This document shows positions 1 to 12,853 of a DNA stretch of 64,000 nucleotides, one piece after another (within the stretch, counting starts at the first letter, position 1; each line of letters starts with the position of its first letter). A program made the position numbers and the translations under genes. The DNA comes from Gonapodya sp. JEL0774 (taxonomy: Eukaryota), in assembly GCA_027604505.1 (NCBI GenBank), contig JADIIX010000011.1, positions 186,001 through 250,000 on the forward strand, given 5' to 3'. The notes under the pieces are model-generated. The model did no database searches and had not been told where the DNA came from. It saw only the letters and a list, made by a program, of their open reading frames with translations.

Positions 1-522
1 CGCCCGCTTCTCATTTGAGTCGGCAATCCAACATTTGATTGATGATTGGCAGCTGTCGTCTTTTCGTCATAAGAAAACAACTCGCAACCCGGCACTTGAA
101 CAACCGAATACACAACACGTCCTTCTGTAGTTATGTTGACTCTATCTTGATTTTGCGATAAAGTTTGTGCCGAGCTGTGTTGTTTCGGTAGTGAGTCGAA
201 GGGGAGTTTGTTCATCCAGCCTTATACCAAGAACACTCCGTGATAGAATAGATTACTAGAATCATTGGGGTGCAGCGGAGTGCTAACGACACATTTGAGT
301 ATAAGTAAGTTCTTATCAGTTCTGTGCTGGTTTGGAGATGAGACCACAGCACCGAAGACGGAGTGCTTGGTCCAGAGACTGTGTTCGACGTGTCCACGCA
401 CAACTCGTGGAGAACTTCCATCACATCGGAACCCCAGACACTGAACCGTCAATTCCTCTGGGGACCGTCAAAACTGCTCTCAACACCTGCTTCGTTTCAA
501 CTTCTCCCCTTGTCTTTGTGTG

Positions 523-3518
523 ATGCTCTCGTCTTCAAACGCACGTGGTGTTCTCAGCGCTTGCCACAGAACTCAGATCCGACACCGTGCTACTTCGTTG
601 GAAACTACATCGCAAAGCTCTCAACGTGCTCACATATCCTCACGGTCCCGGCGGTGGCCAACTCAACCTGCCGCTACCATCCGTAGACCAGACCTTCGAA
701 CTTTCACATCGGGTGCCGTCAATGATTCCCAAACTCCCCGTAGCTCATCAGAACACCCCTTCAGCATATCCAAACGTTCTCACACTCAAAAATTTTCCGC
801 ACCCGTGACCCTCTCCCTCCGTCGTGGTTACGCTAGTGTCAAGGACGACCCTCCTCAAGACGACAAGTCATCGAAGAAGCCCACTGAGAAGCCCAAGGTT
901 GTTCCAAAGGGCTTTGAAAACTTCTTCGACTCCAATTCGTCTTCCTCAAAACCCAAGGAAGTTTCAGATGAGACAGAGTCGGGCTCGGCGGCTCCTCCGC
1001 GTTCGACGAATGCCGACGAGCAAGACAAGGATGGCAAAAAGGAAAAGGATGAATCGGAACAAGAAGAGCGGAAAAGGAGCGATGGTGAGTCGGAATTGGC
1101 GGTTGCCTATTCGCGGGCATCACGGTAGCGTGGAGAACACAGCTGAGGAGCCAGCGGGGAATGTAATTTCTCGTTCCATGATGCCCATAATTCGGAGTCA
1201 ACTAGGGGAGCGGGATACTGCATTTGCAGCTGAGTCTCTAATGATCATTCATCGACTCTCTTAACCTTTAGGCTCCAAACGTCAAACCCCACCACCTCCG
1301 AATAGTCCATATGAAATTACCCCGCAAACCATTCTCTACTTTGGTCTTCCCGCAGCCTACATTGCGTACCAGTACCTCGCTGCAGGCGATGGTAGTACCC
1401 AAATTTCATGGCACGAGTTCCGCGTCAATATGCTCGAAAAAGGTTTCGTTGACCACCTTGTTGTGGTGAACAAGAATATGGTCAGGGTGTATTTGAGATC
1501 TGATGCACCCATGGTCAGGAGTGCAGGACCTGGAAACCTGGCTGGGGTGTCTCGATACTACTTCTCAATTGGTGGGTGGTTCTTGTCCTCTCTGACCTCT
1601 AAAATTTCAATCACACGTAATCTCGAATGTTCATGACAGGCTCGGTCGAATCTTTTGAGCGTTCCCTCGAACTTGCCCAACGCGAGCTTGGCATCCCCCC
1701 ACGCGACCGGATTCCTGTCACCTACACTTCCGAAGTGTCCGCTGCCAGCATTGTACTCAACGTTGCGCCCACGCTTCTCCTTGTCGGTGTTCTCATCTGG
1801 CTTTCGAGGCGGGCCGCAGGTGGCGGTGGTGGTGGCAATCAGGGCATTTTTGGAATCGGCAAATCGAGAGCGAAGATGTTTAACCAGGAGCAAAATGTCA
1901 AGGTCAAGTTCAAGGACGTTGCAGGAATGGACGAAGCAAAGGAGGAGATCATGGAGTTTGTTAAATTCTTGAAAGACCCGGGCACATACGAGAGACTTGG
2001 TGCCAAAATTCCGAAAGGTGCCATCCTCTCTGGACCACCGGGCACGGGAAAGACCCTCCTTGCCAAAGCTACCGCAGGCGAAGCCGGCGTTCCCTTCTTC
2101 TCGGTTTCCGGCTCCGAGTTCGTGGAAATGTTTGTCGGTGTCGGGTCAAGCAGGGTACGCGACCTGTTCTCCAACGCCAAGAAGCAGAGCCCCTGTATTA
2201 TCTTCATCGACGAAATTGACGCTATTGGCAAAGCACGTGGCAGAGGTGGGGCTTTTGGTGGCAACGATGAGCGAGAGTCGACCCTAAACCAGTTGCTGGT
2301 GGAGATGGACGGTTTTGAAACAAGCGAGCACGTGGTGGTTTTGGCGGGTACTAACCGACCTGACGTTTTGGACTCGGCATTGCTTCGACCGGGTCGGTTT
2401 GACCGGCACATTGCGATCGATAGACCAGACATTAAAGGCCGAGTGGAGATTTTCAAGGTCCACCTGAAACCTATTAAGACTACCGAGGATTTGGATCGCT
2501 TGTCGCGCAAGTTGGCGGCGCTCACTCCGGGATTCTCTGGCGCCGATGTGCACAACGTCTGCAACGAAGCCGCGCTCATTGCGGCTCGTGCCATGGCTGA
2601 TTTAGTTACTGAGAAGCATTTCGAGCAGGCAATTGAACGTGTCATCGCGGGTCTGGAGAAGAAGTCAAGGGTTCTCAGTCCCGAGGAGAAGAGGATTGTA
2701 GCTCACCACGAGGCGGGTCACGCGGTGGCCGGATGGTTTCTACAGCATGCCCACCCATTGTTGAAGGTTTCCATCATCCCTCGCGGTGTGGGAGCACTTG
2801 GGTATGCGCAGTACTTGCCAAAGGAGGACTATTTACATTCGACCGAGCAGCTTAGCGACATGATGTGTATGACTCTTGGTGGGCGTGTTGCGGAACATCT
2901 GTTTTTTGACTCCATTACTACGGGTGCGCAGGACGATCTTCAGAAAGTCACTCGACAGGCGTACGCGCAGGTCATGACCTATGGTATGTCATCGTTTGGA
3001 CCGCTGAGTTTTGGACGATCGGACGACCGGGAGGGTCAAATGCAGAAGCCGTACTCTGAGGAAACTGCCCGATTGATTGACGAGGAGGTGCGCAAAATAA
3101 TTGACGGAGCGTTCAAACGGACCCAGCAGCTTTTGCTGGAAAAGAAGGGAGAGGTGGAGAAGGTTGCGATGCGATTGTTGGAGAAGGAGGTTTTGAATCG
3201 TGATGATATGGTGGATTTGTTGGGGGAGAGGCCTTGGCCGGAGAAGAGTGAGTTGTACTTCAAGAGGTATTTTGGTGGGTGATTGTGTGCCAATGATATA
3301 TATTGCTTTTGTGTCTTGCACAGACGAGTACATTGCATATCTTACAAGTAGAGAAGGGTCTGATGTAAGTTCGTTTGCTTAATTCCTCTCTCACGCTGTC
3401 CGCTAATGAGTCTATTCAACATTACAAGATTGTGGACAAGGAGAAACAAGGTGTGAAGGAGAAAGAACCTGGCAACCCCGCCTTGGCCACAAATTCAGAT
3501 AATCTGTCGCAATATTAG
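523..3518 (+). CDS. AFG3: Mitochondrial m-AAA metalloprotease subunit (AFG3/YTA12/paraplegin family), about 5 exons
   Basis: Walker A GPPGTGKT, Walker [25 protein letters not shown] zinc motif in ORF 1627-3282; Ser/Arg-rich presequence-like N-terminus. Introns modelled at 1085-1271, 1572-1639, 3248-3323, 3365-3428; stop TAG 3516-3518. AFG3 vs YTA12 paralogue not resolved. Confidence 0.93.
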
Positions 3519-4708
3519 TGTTGCAGGATAGAATTATTGGATATGTAATTCAGAGCTTGGATTCCCATTTATTCTAGGACCAAGACAGCATATCTTGACC
3601 CCGAAGTGCAACCGAGCTGTGGCCGTTGGATCGTGCATACCCGGATAAAAACACGCTTTGTTCTCCTGTTCCAACTTTCAATGCAATCAACCGAGACGAT
3701 TCCTCTGTCATCATGTCTAAGGAATCGCTCCCAAATGAGTGCAGAGACGAAACTCTGCCGGCTGTATCTCCGGCTATGTGGCCTCGCGGCATTTGTGGCA
3801 TAATCGGTCGTTTTGTCCGGCGACATGAACCTGTCCCAGAAGGCAACAGAGGATGGTGATATTTAAGACTGAACAAACGGAGAGAGAATTTGACTTCATG
3901 GCAGTGGACGCGTGCTTCTCTGGGGAACCAATACTTCCTCGCGGCTTATACAAGGAGTCCCTGCTATTCGTTGCCATCAGTTGTAAGTCACCCTGGGGAA
4001 GAACTTGCAGTGTATGCGTAGCTAGAGGAGCTAATTATCTCGAGAATACTGTTTTGCTTGAGTAATGTTCTGTTGTACGGCGTGAACAGAAAAGTACCCA
4101 GCGCATTCCCATCAAACAACCCCTTATCTCAGATGTGAAAAGTTTGCCCGAATTTAGAATGTTCACATTAGTGAGGCCGTACTTTGACGGTATCTCTACC
4201 TGAGATGGGGATAATCATTGAGGTTGGTGGTGGCGAAAGTTCCAAAATGTCAGTAAATAGTTGAAGCAGACAATGCATACCGCAGTGCTTTGCATAAAAG
4301 ATACCGCTGTTGTTTGTTTTTTCGGGGTGGTCAACACGCAGGTTCAGGTGTGAAGGTGAAAGAGTTGGGCGTTATGTCGTCATAAAGCGAATATGATGCG
4401 ACACACCTCACGCCATTCTTGCGGGACTGCAGCACATCGCCATTTACAATTCTGTGCATACACAGTCTTCTCTTACGCTGATAAAAGATCTGGTTGCGTT
4501 CGTCTTGCAACACACGGTCTATTCTCTCAACTCTCTCTTGATTCCGGAAGATGGACTTGGATTGGTGCATTATATGCTCATCACACATCGAGGAGGGTAA
4601 CCTCTACTGCTCCGAGAAGTGCAAGGTGAAGCCAACATTGTTCTAAGCACAGACACAAGAGCTGAACAATTTGCTTCGGGCGAACTGTAGGCGTTTGACT
4701 CTCACAAC

Positions 4709-5518
4709 TTGACAACCACATCCAACCATTTTATCCCGTTGGCGCCTTCATCACCCACATCAACTGCCACTCATCATGACCTTTCGAGCTCTCCCGCCTC
4801 TACCTCTGGGTCAACTTTCGTTGAGGAGGAGCAACCTACGTCTTCACCGTCTTTAAAATCCGCAACCTACTCCCGATCTTCCACTGCGTCTCCTTTCGGA
4901 TTCTTTTTGAACAGGACCGACCGACAACGGTCCCATCAGGGGTCTGTTCCTGTTCCTGACACCCTTTCTCCAACGATTCCCACCATACATGTAACCCAGC
5001 AGAAGCCAGCGGAACTTTCATTCGTGAACAGTAGATTCGATTCCCCGGGATTTGTGTTAACAGGAGCGCTTGAACCCAAGTGGAGTTTCATGTTAGAAAT
5101 TCTCGACGTGAGTCATCATCCCTTTGACGTGACTTGACTTGATCGAAAACTTAACGACGAGCAATTTACGTCGATTCCCAGCGAGCAACCATCAAGAACG
5201 TCAGATGCCCCACTTCTAGGCTGGAGACCGGTTCAAGCAGTAAGTGGGGTTGTAAACATTTGGGGCCTTCTTATTCCTCACCAAAGCTCGCAATAATTTG
5301 ATTTGACTCCCCAGCTACCCTCGTTTATTCCCCCTCGCAGGGCGTTTGTTGTGCCAACGCCCCGCCCACAATCCACAAAGAAAGTACAGCCGACAAGCGA
5401 CGAAAGCGTTCCTCGATCAAAATCATCATCGAACAAACACGGCTCCAACGGCCTCTCCAGCAGCCTTCCCGTGTACATCGACAGGAGCGAACAGCAGGCC
5501 GCCGTGTGTTTGCCTTGA
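4709..5518 (+). CDS. Possible Ser/Pro/Thr-rich hypothetical protein (probably spliced; start uncertain)
   Basis: Two same-strand low-complexity ORFs (4709-5137, 5303-5518) separated by GT..AG-like segments; no recognisable domain. Confidence 0.3.
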
Positions 5519-6786
5519 CAGATAGTGCTAGGCGACGACCAATGGAGTCCTCAATACAATTGGCGTTCTAGGGCAGCGACAGACTCCGTCATGTGTAAAT
5601 AATGTTCCATCAACTTCTGCTCATATGTTCTAGTATTCGCCTTTAATTGTATTGATTTACGCGTCGCCGCTTATGGAGTATGCTTGATTACTGCAATTTC
5701 GCTCTACCAAAAATCGTTTCTCCTGCACACTGATGAAACGCCACACTGGGGTCGCTTGGTGGCACAGCACTCGCACCCAATTACAACCCGTTCCCACACT
5801 AAAAACGCGAGAGTGAGCGCGCTCTCCAGATAGAGATTGTTGTTTTCACCGAGAAGTACTATGAAAGCTACGTGTATAAGATGTTCTGACACGTCTCCTG
5901 CCTGTTAGGGCGACGTTTCACAACATTAAGGTGCATGTTCAGAGAGCCACTCCTGTCTTGTTCGAGACATTTTTGTGGACTGTAATCTGTTGTGCACAAA
6001 CCTTAGTAGGATTCATTTTTTCTGCTTCCAGAGATACGGTGTCGACTATCTTTGTTGATTTGCGAAGCTCAGGCTCATGAGCACCCTCCAACTGATGAGG
6101 GCTCACAACAATCGTTCAACCCAGAAACCCATACACGGCTTTGTCATTGCAAATCTGATGGGCTTGACTAAGCAGCAGCGCAAATCTCAGAGTGCAATTT
6201 TCAATCGCCGCAAACAAGGTCTTGAAAATGCAGAAAGCGCTTCGGGCCACTGAGGGTCTTCAATTGTCAATACCCATATGGCTTGTCAACGCCTGAATTA
6301 TCGAGCTGGCTTCCAATTGCTGCTGATGAAAGTGGAATTCAAGTTGAATCAGCTGACTCTGATGTTGGCCGGGACAGTGAGTGTTGCTGGTTCACAACCA
6401 AATGAAGACCGAATGGATGTTGCGGAAGCCCATACAAGAGAGATAGAAGCAGGTATGACTTTACAGAGCTTTGAGTCAACGTTCTATTATCCTGAATGCC
6501 TCTCTCACTCTTTGTAATTGTCCAACTGACTCGTTCTTGGCCCTACCAGACGACACGTTTGAGTCTCTCAAATCTCACACACGTTACGTCTCCTCGTGCC
6601 ACTTTTTTTGCATTCTAGAGAGGATATGTAACGAACTCTACTCTCTCTACTACCCAAGGGTTTCTCGCCTCGAAGCATCCCTATCAGAAATGACACCAAA
6701 GAACCAGTTCCGTCACCTCGTCAAATGACTCGCATAATGAAAAGCGAAAGCTTTTCAAAGAGTTTTCGCCGAACGTTTTTCACCAT

Positions 6787-7505
6787 CAGAGGAGAGTGGA
6801 AGCATGGGCCATTGAGATGGGAGGTCGGAAGGAGGGAGGGGGAGGAACAAACGGGAAAAAAGAAGCGGGATAAAGGAGACTCGGAAGAAATGAATAACGG
6901 GACGACCGAGAGACGGGAGACAGGAGGGACAGGAAAAGCAACGACCGGAGAGCACCCAGCAGGAGATTGACGTCGGGAGATGCGACACCGGAGGACAGGG
7001 GGAGCAAGGAATGGGAGAAGCACGGCGTGGTAACAAGGCCGAAAGAAGCGAGAACATGAACAGCGAAGACTGGAGAGGATAGGAAGGGAGAAACGAGTTC
7101 CGCGCAAGGGCAGCTAGGTCGGGGAAAGCGAGGGCACAAAAGCAATGACACGGGAAAGGATTACGTTAGAAGCATGGACACGGGAAGCAAGTATGGGAGG
7201 CGCGAGGACGGGAAAGGCATACAGGAGAAACGAGGACGGGAAGAGCAAGGACACGAGAAGCACGGACGGGGGAAACCAATTACGGGAAAAGCGAGAACCC
7301 AGGAAGCAAGTAGGGAGTTAGAAAGAAAAGGAAAGCAACAAGAGGGAAAACAGGTAGGGACTAATTGAGGAAGGGGAAGCAGGGACGGGTGGACGCCGGA
7401 CGGCGACATGGACAAGGGAGGCAAGGACTGTGAAAGCATGGATGGAAGAAGTGAGGACCAGGGACGCTTGGTCCTAGGACAATGGAAGCCCGAATCAAGT
7501 AGGGA
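6787..7505. repeat. Strongly purine-biased (G/A on + strand) low-complexity tract with degenerate internal repeats
   Basis: About 720 nt almost devoid of T; recurring words GAAGCA(T/C)GG, GGACACG(G/A)GAA, CAAGTAGGGA. Confidence 0.75.
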
Positions 7506-7851
7506 ATTAATCTCGCACATCAACTTTTCTGTCTTTACGTGCTCAAATATGATAATGAGTTATGTAATGACAAGTATGAATTGTTGTTACACAAGGTAAT
7601 GGTACTAGCTCTGTCAAATATAGGCTAACAAGCGGAATGCCTGTTCTGATTTGACCTATTTCATTCGAATCGACGGTCTTCCCTGCGCATGAGCCCACTT
7701 GAAGGCCCCGCGGGTATCATCAGTGCTGATGTACAAGAAACCGTTTAGAAGTGAAAACATTCTGTGCGATTTACATAACGTAAACATATAGGTTTTGTGG
7801 TACTATTGGATAGAGCATATTATTGCCTGGGCTGCCGCACTCCGAACTCAA

Positions 7852-10144
7852 ATGCCCCGCGAAATCATAACGCTGCAAGCTGGACAATGTGGAAACCAAA
7901 GTTCGTGGATGGCTTGATACTGATCTTGCGCTCCCTCATAGTGACAATGTCTCGATATATTTGCGGGATCCGCTTCGTTCCCTCTGACCAACTTCCTCCC
8001 TTCCTCCCGGACTCGACCAATACTGGTTGAAATCCGTCATGAAACCTCGCAACAATCTTGGTTCATGGTTTGCTCTTCGTTTCATCCCTCTCCTGATGTC
8101 TAATGGTTCGAATCACGCTCAAATCTGATGGATTAGTTGGTATGGAATTCTGGAAGCAGCTGTGTCTGGAACACGGGATTTCTAAAGATGGCGTTCTTGA
8201 GGAATGGGCAACGGAGGGTGGAGATAGGAAGGATGTTTTTTTCTACCAGGTTCGTTCGATACCGAGGACGGGATTGGCACAATCTATCACTCAGCTTTTA
8301 TGGGGAGTAATTGTTCAGGCCGTCTTCGAACGGGCAGTTCTCATGCACTTTTCGGATGGGAGAAAGTCGCGACCTTCTTTTTGTCTCATTAAATGGTTCA
8401 CTGCTTGCCATTGCAGGCAGACGATGACCACTACATCCCACGATCCATTATGATTGACCTCGAACCTCGGGTCATTAATAACATCTTACAATCTGACTAC
8501 GCCAACCTGTACAACCAAGAGAACATATTCATCTCAAAGGATGGGGGTGGTGCTGGAAACAACTGGGTCTCCGGGCACGAGCAAGGCAGACGAATAAACG
8601 AAGATTTGCTTGAGATGATGGACAGAGAGGCCGACAACAGTGATAGTTTGGAGGTTTGTTATTCTCTCGTTACTTGCTTCCTCGCATCTTACATGGGCCT
8701 TTGTGTGAATGAACTTTTGTTCCTTGTTGTCACTCCAACTTCCATCTCACAACGATGCTTCCCAAGGGTTTCATGCTTCTTCACTCTATTGCCGGTGGTA
8801 CAGGCTCTGGACTTGGTTCATGGCTGCTTGAGAACCTGTCAGACCGTTATCCTAAGAAGATTGTACAAACTTACTCTGTGTTTCCCAATAACGATGGAGA
8901 CAGCTCAGACGTAGTAGTTCAGCCCTACAACAGCATATTGACGTTGAAAAGGCTTACTACGGACGCGGACAGTGTTGTGAGTCGGGCTTCTCGTGTGGTA
9001 TGGAGTTTATCTTTGAAAGCAGTCCCATTTTGTTCATTTTCAGGTCGTCCTTGACAATACCGCCCTGAATCATATTCTGGCTGATCGCTTGCACATTCAA
9101 AATCCGACGTTTGCGCAGACTAATCAGCTTGTTCGTACGGTGGTACCAAGAAGCTTGAATTTATATCTCTTCTGACTCACTCGACAGGTGTCAACAGTCA
9201 TGTCTGCCTCGACCTCGACTTTACGATACCCGGGCTACATGAACAATGATCTTGTTTCAATGTTGGCGTCTCTCATCCCCACTCCACGCTGCCACTACTT
9301 GATGACCGCGTATACACCATTCAGTGGCGATCACGTCGAGCAGGTGGGAACGATGTTGTCTTTTTGAGAGAAATCTTTTCGGCGCTTAAGGAAGTAATCC
9401 AACAAGGCTAAGTCGGTTCGGAAGACCACGGTGTTGGATGTTATGCGTCGGCTCCTCCAGCCCAAGAATCGGATGGTATCTGTCAATCCCACCAAAAAAT
9501 CGTGCTATATATCCATTCTCAACATTATTCAAGGAGAAGCGGATCCAACTGATGTGAGCCCCGGAGAATCAAAATAGAATCGATCTGTTCTCAAGGCAGA
9601 CCTCTAATTTTTAGGTTCACAAGTCACTGTTGCGTATTCGAGAACGACGACTTGCTCAGTTCATTCCCTGGGGGCCAGCGTCTATTCAAGTTGCGCTGTC
9701 GCGAAAAAGCCCTTACGTCTCGACTCCGCATCGAGTCAGCGGGCTTATGCTGGCGAATCACACGAGCATTGCTGGGGTGAGTGCCATTGGCTTTTGCTGT
9801 CAAAATTGTAGAAGTACATCTGTCCTCCAAATTTCGAAATCAAAGCTCTTCAAACGCACTTGCGATCAATTTGATCGTTTGCTGAAACGGAATGCTTTTG
9901 TCGACCGCTACAAGAAAGAGTCGGAACTGTCCGATAAAGATTTTTTGGAGGAGATGACTGAGTCAAGGTATGTCGGTGCTCTTCTCACTCGCAATCGTTT
10001 TGGTCCTTTCCTGACCGCTTGGTTAACCTGTTGTACCTGCTTTACAGAAATGTGGTACAGGACCTGATCAATGAGTATGAGGCTTGTGAAAGTCCGGACT
10101 ATGTGACGTGGGGACAACCATCGGCGAAGGCTGCTGAAAGATAA
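7852..10144 (+). CDS. TUBG1: Gamma-tubulin, multi-exon
   Basis: Start [74 protein letters not shown] are gamma-tubulin-specific; stop TAA 10142-10144. Confidence 0.97.
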
Positions 10145-10293
10145 AAGGAGCCTTGATTCATGCCTTGTACAATAGCTCGCGGTTGTGCCATTTTGATTAA
10201 TTAGTTGAAGCATTCATCTTTGGCTTGTAGGCTGCTGTATGTCGTGGAATAACAATGCATGTGTGAGCGAACTCAAGCAAATATCCGGGCCTC

Positions 10294-12056
10294 ATGAGCA
10301 GTTCACCAACTCACCATCTCCTCCCCATACGACAAATGACCACCAACGAGGTGGGCTTTGACTTCAGAAAAATCTAGAGATCTTCGTGCCTTCTCATGTT
10401 TTCTTGTGCTCTCGATGCTGTGCACTTCATGGCGTCCTCGAATCATCTCGATTCGTTCGTTCACATAATATCATGTTTCTGAATCCAGCGAAGCAGAAGG
10501 CTGAAGCGCCCACATGTAAGTCTAAGCTTCAGATGCACTAGGATGCTAGCCTCTGCCTGATCCCAATCCTCTTCAAATGTTGTGTCGAATGGCGTAATCT
10601 CCTGTCTGTCCATGTCGCTATCCCCAGCAAGGATCACCAGATCCCTCCTTGCCAGATGAGGACGAAGAAGCCGCTCAAGTCGTATCACGTAAAGGAAAGG
10701 AGAAAGCCACCCGCAGACCAGCACGGAATGAAGATGAGGACGAACCGGACGCGTATGAGGATGAAGAAGACGAGGAAGAGGTCCCAAAGACTAAATCCAA
10801 GAAGAAAAGGGACAAGGGCAATCCCTCTGCATCTCAACCATCTCAAAGGAGGTTCAGACAGGAAGCGGATGATGAGGAAGGAGGCGAAGTGCCTATACAC
10901 GCACATTGTGTTCATTCCGTTTTGAGGTGGCAGCATTATTTTCTCACTAGGATGACTCTGCTGACACCAATACACAAGCTGCAAAGGCGGCTGGTCGCTC
11001 GCATAAGTACGCAACAAACAACCTAACGCGGGACGAGTTGGACCGGAAGGTTCGGGACTTGGTTCGACTTGCAATATTCAACGAATACAAAAGGGTGCCG
11101 CTCAAAAAGGACGATATCATGAAGAGAGGCGAGTTTTTTGTTCGCTTCTTCTTGCTTGGGGTGCACTTGACCACACAGGAATCTGTTTAGTCTTCGAAAC
11201 GCATCCAAAGGCTTTCAACGAAGCTTTTGAACGCGCCCAAGAAACACTACGTAAAACGTTTGGTATGGAGCTGGTGGCGTTGCCTGCCAAGCAGCTTCGG
11301 GCTGAAGAAGAGCGTGCAAGTTTGTGTTGCCCCTCAGCATCCTTATCGCATAATTGTTAGCGCCTTATAACTTTGAACACTTTACAAAGAATCGAAGGCT
11401 AAAGCTGCACCTGCACGTACTGTCTGGGTTCTCCGTAGTATTTTGGACTCCCAGCACACTTCCCAAATCGTACAACGATCTGACCAAGAAAATATCGCAA
11501 CAGGCATTCTCATGCTTGTGTTGGCCCTTGTTTACGTCAATCGAGGTACTGAATCTGAAGGTGAATTTTGAGAGTACTTGGTAGTCCCATTTTCAATGAG
11601 TGTCTCAAGGTATGCCCTGACATATGAAATGATTCCTTTTCAGCGAACATACTTAGAATTCTCGCTCAGCTGAATCTAACGGAGAATATTCCAACAATGA
11701 ACATCTCTGTTGAAAAGTTCCTGGAACAACTCGCTAAGGATGGTCACCTCGACCGCCTACAACGCGTTGAAGGTGACAAGCCAGTGGTTGAATACAAGTG
11801 GGGACCGAGAGCGAAAGTCGAAGTGGACGAAGAAGGAATTGTTGCGTTCATACGTGACGTGGGTAGACTTGCGCTATTTTGTCTGGTCCCCTTTGTGAGC
11901 CGAATTAACTCTCTATCTCACCTCGTAATGTGTTTGTAAAAGTTTTATCCTGAGGATCGACTTCAAGCTGTCCAGAAACAACTAGAGAAAATTGGCGGTG
12001 GTGGAAAGAAGAAATCAGAAAATGTGGAGATTGGGGCTGGCCCTGCTGACGGTTGA
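10294..12056 (+). CDS. NSE3: MAGE-domain protein, Smc5/6 non-SMC subunit Nse3-like (start uncertain: 10294 or 10336)
   Basis: Spliced peptides LDRKVRDLVRLAIFNEYKRVPLKKDDI, FERAQETLRKTFGMELVALP, GILMLVLALVYVN, EYKWGPRAKVE match the MAGE domain; acidic disordered N-terminus. Confidence 0.88.
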
Positions 12057-12853
12057 GACACTCGAAATGCAAGCAACATGAGATTAGATTGTAAATACCA
12101 TTTTTTATATAATTATCATTGCCGCGGCAGCTATTGTAGCAGGAGTAATTTGGACGTGTTTGTCAAAAATTTTATTGCTGTGGTCATAGCATCACGATCA
12201 CGTCGCCGATCAAGTCTTTCACACATACCTGCAAGCATGAATCCACGACGTTCATTCACATCTACTCCCGGGGATGATTTGTATTTACCCGGGGATCATG
12301 CAATCAAGCTGACTGTCACTCTCGATTATTTCTTGGACAAGGGTTCGCTGAATCCGTATTCGCTTGTTATCTTGTTCAGACCTGCTCTTGTAGCAATACG
12401 TGACGCTAATCAATGAATTTCACCTGTTCCATACCTTGTGATCGACTTTAGGTGACATCGACCGAGCAAACGACTTGACTGGCAAAATATCCGCCCCACC
12501 AAAGAAAAAAAGCCTCGGCAACCGCCAGCGAAAGTTTTATGTATCTTACGCAATCGGCAAAGTGTGCACGGGAAAGGTGAGCATGTTATTGGTGACAGAT
12601 CACTAGTGTGGCAAGACTAACATCCTGCCGGTCTTGTTGGTGAGACACCAATTTTGACTCCAGTCGACTCCCTGTTTACTGCAACTCATGATATTACCGT
12701 GGATGCGGTGGGTGAAAACGACACATAACACTATTGTACTGGGTCAAAGCTCATGTTAGCCACTGTTGCGATTAGTCATTTCTCGAAATTCTCTACCGAC
12801 AACCCGCCGAGTTTGCCATCTGGGAAGTTGTTCAAGATGAGCCTGCTAAACCA

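Noticed and set aside
1839..2645. Long antisense ORF (268 aa) and similar shadow ORFs (e.g. 57004-57693, 49507-50079, 20490-21185)
   Set aside because: They lie opposite better-supported genes and have no motifs; explained by codon bias.
3569..4629. Gene downstream of AFG3
   Set aside because: Only short unrelated ORFs on both strands, with no coherent splice model or motif.
6077..6253. Weak MADS-box-like peptide (QSAIFNRRKQGL)
   Set aside because: Too short, lacks the rest of the MADS consensus and stops immediately.
11313..11321. Second GC donor (GCAAGT) in Nse3
   Set aside because: An adjacent GT donor gives an equally in-frame splice; cannot be decided from sequence.
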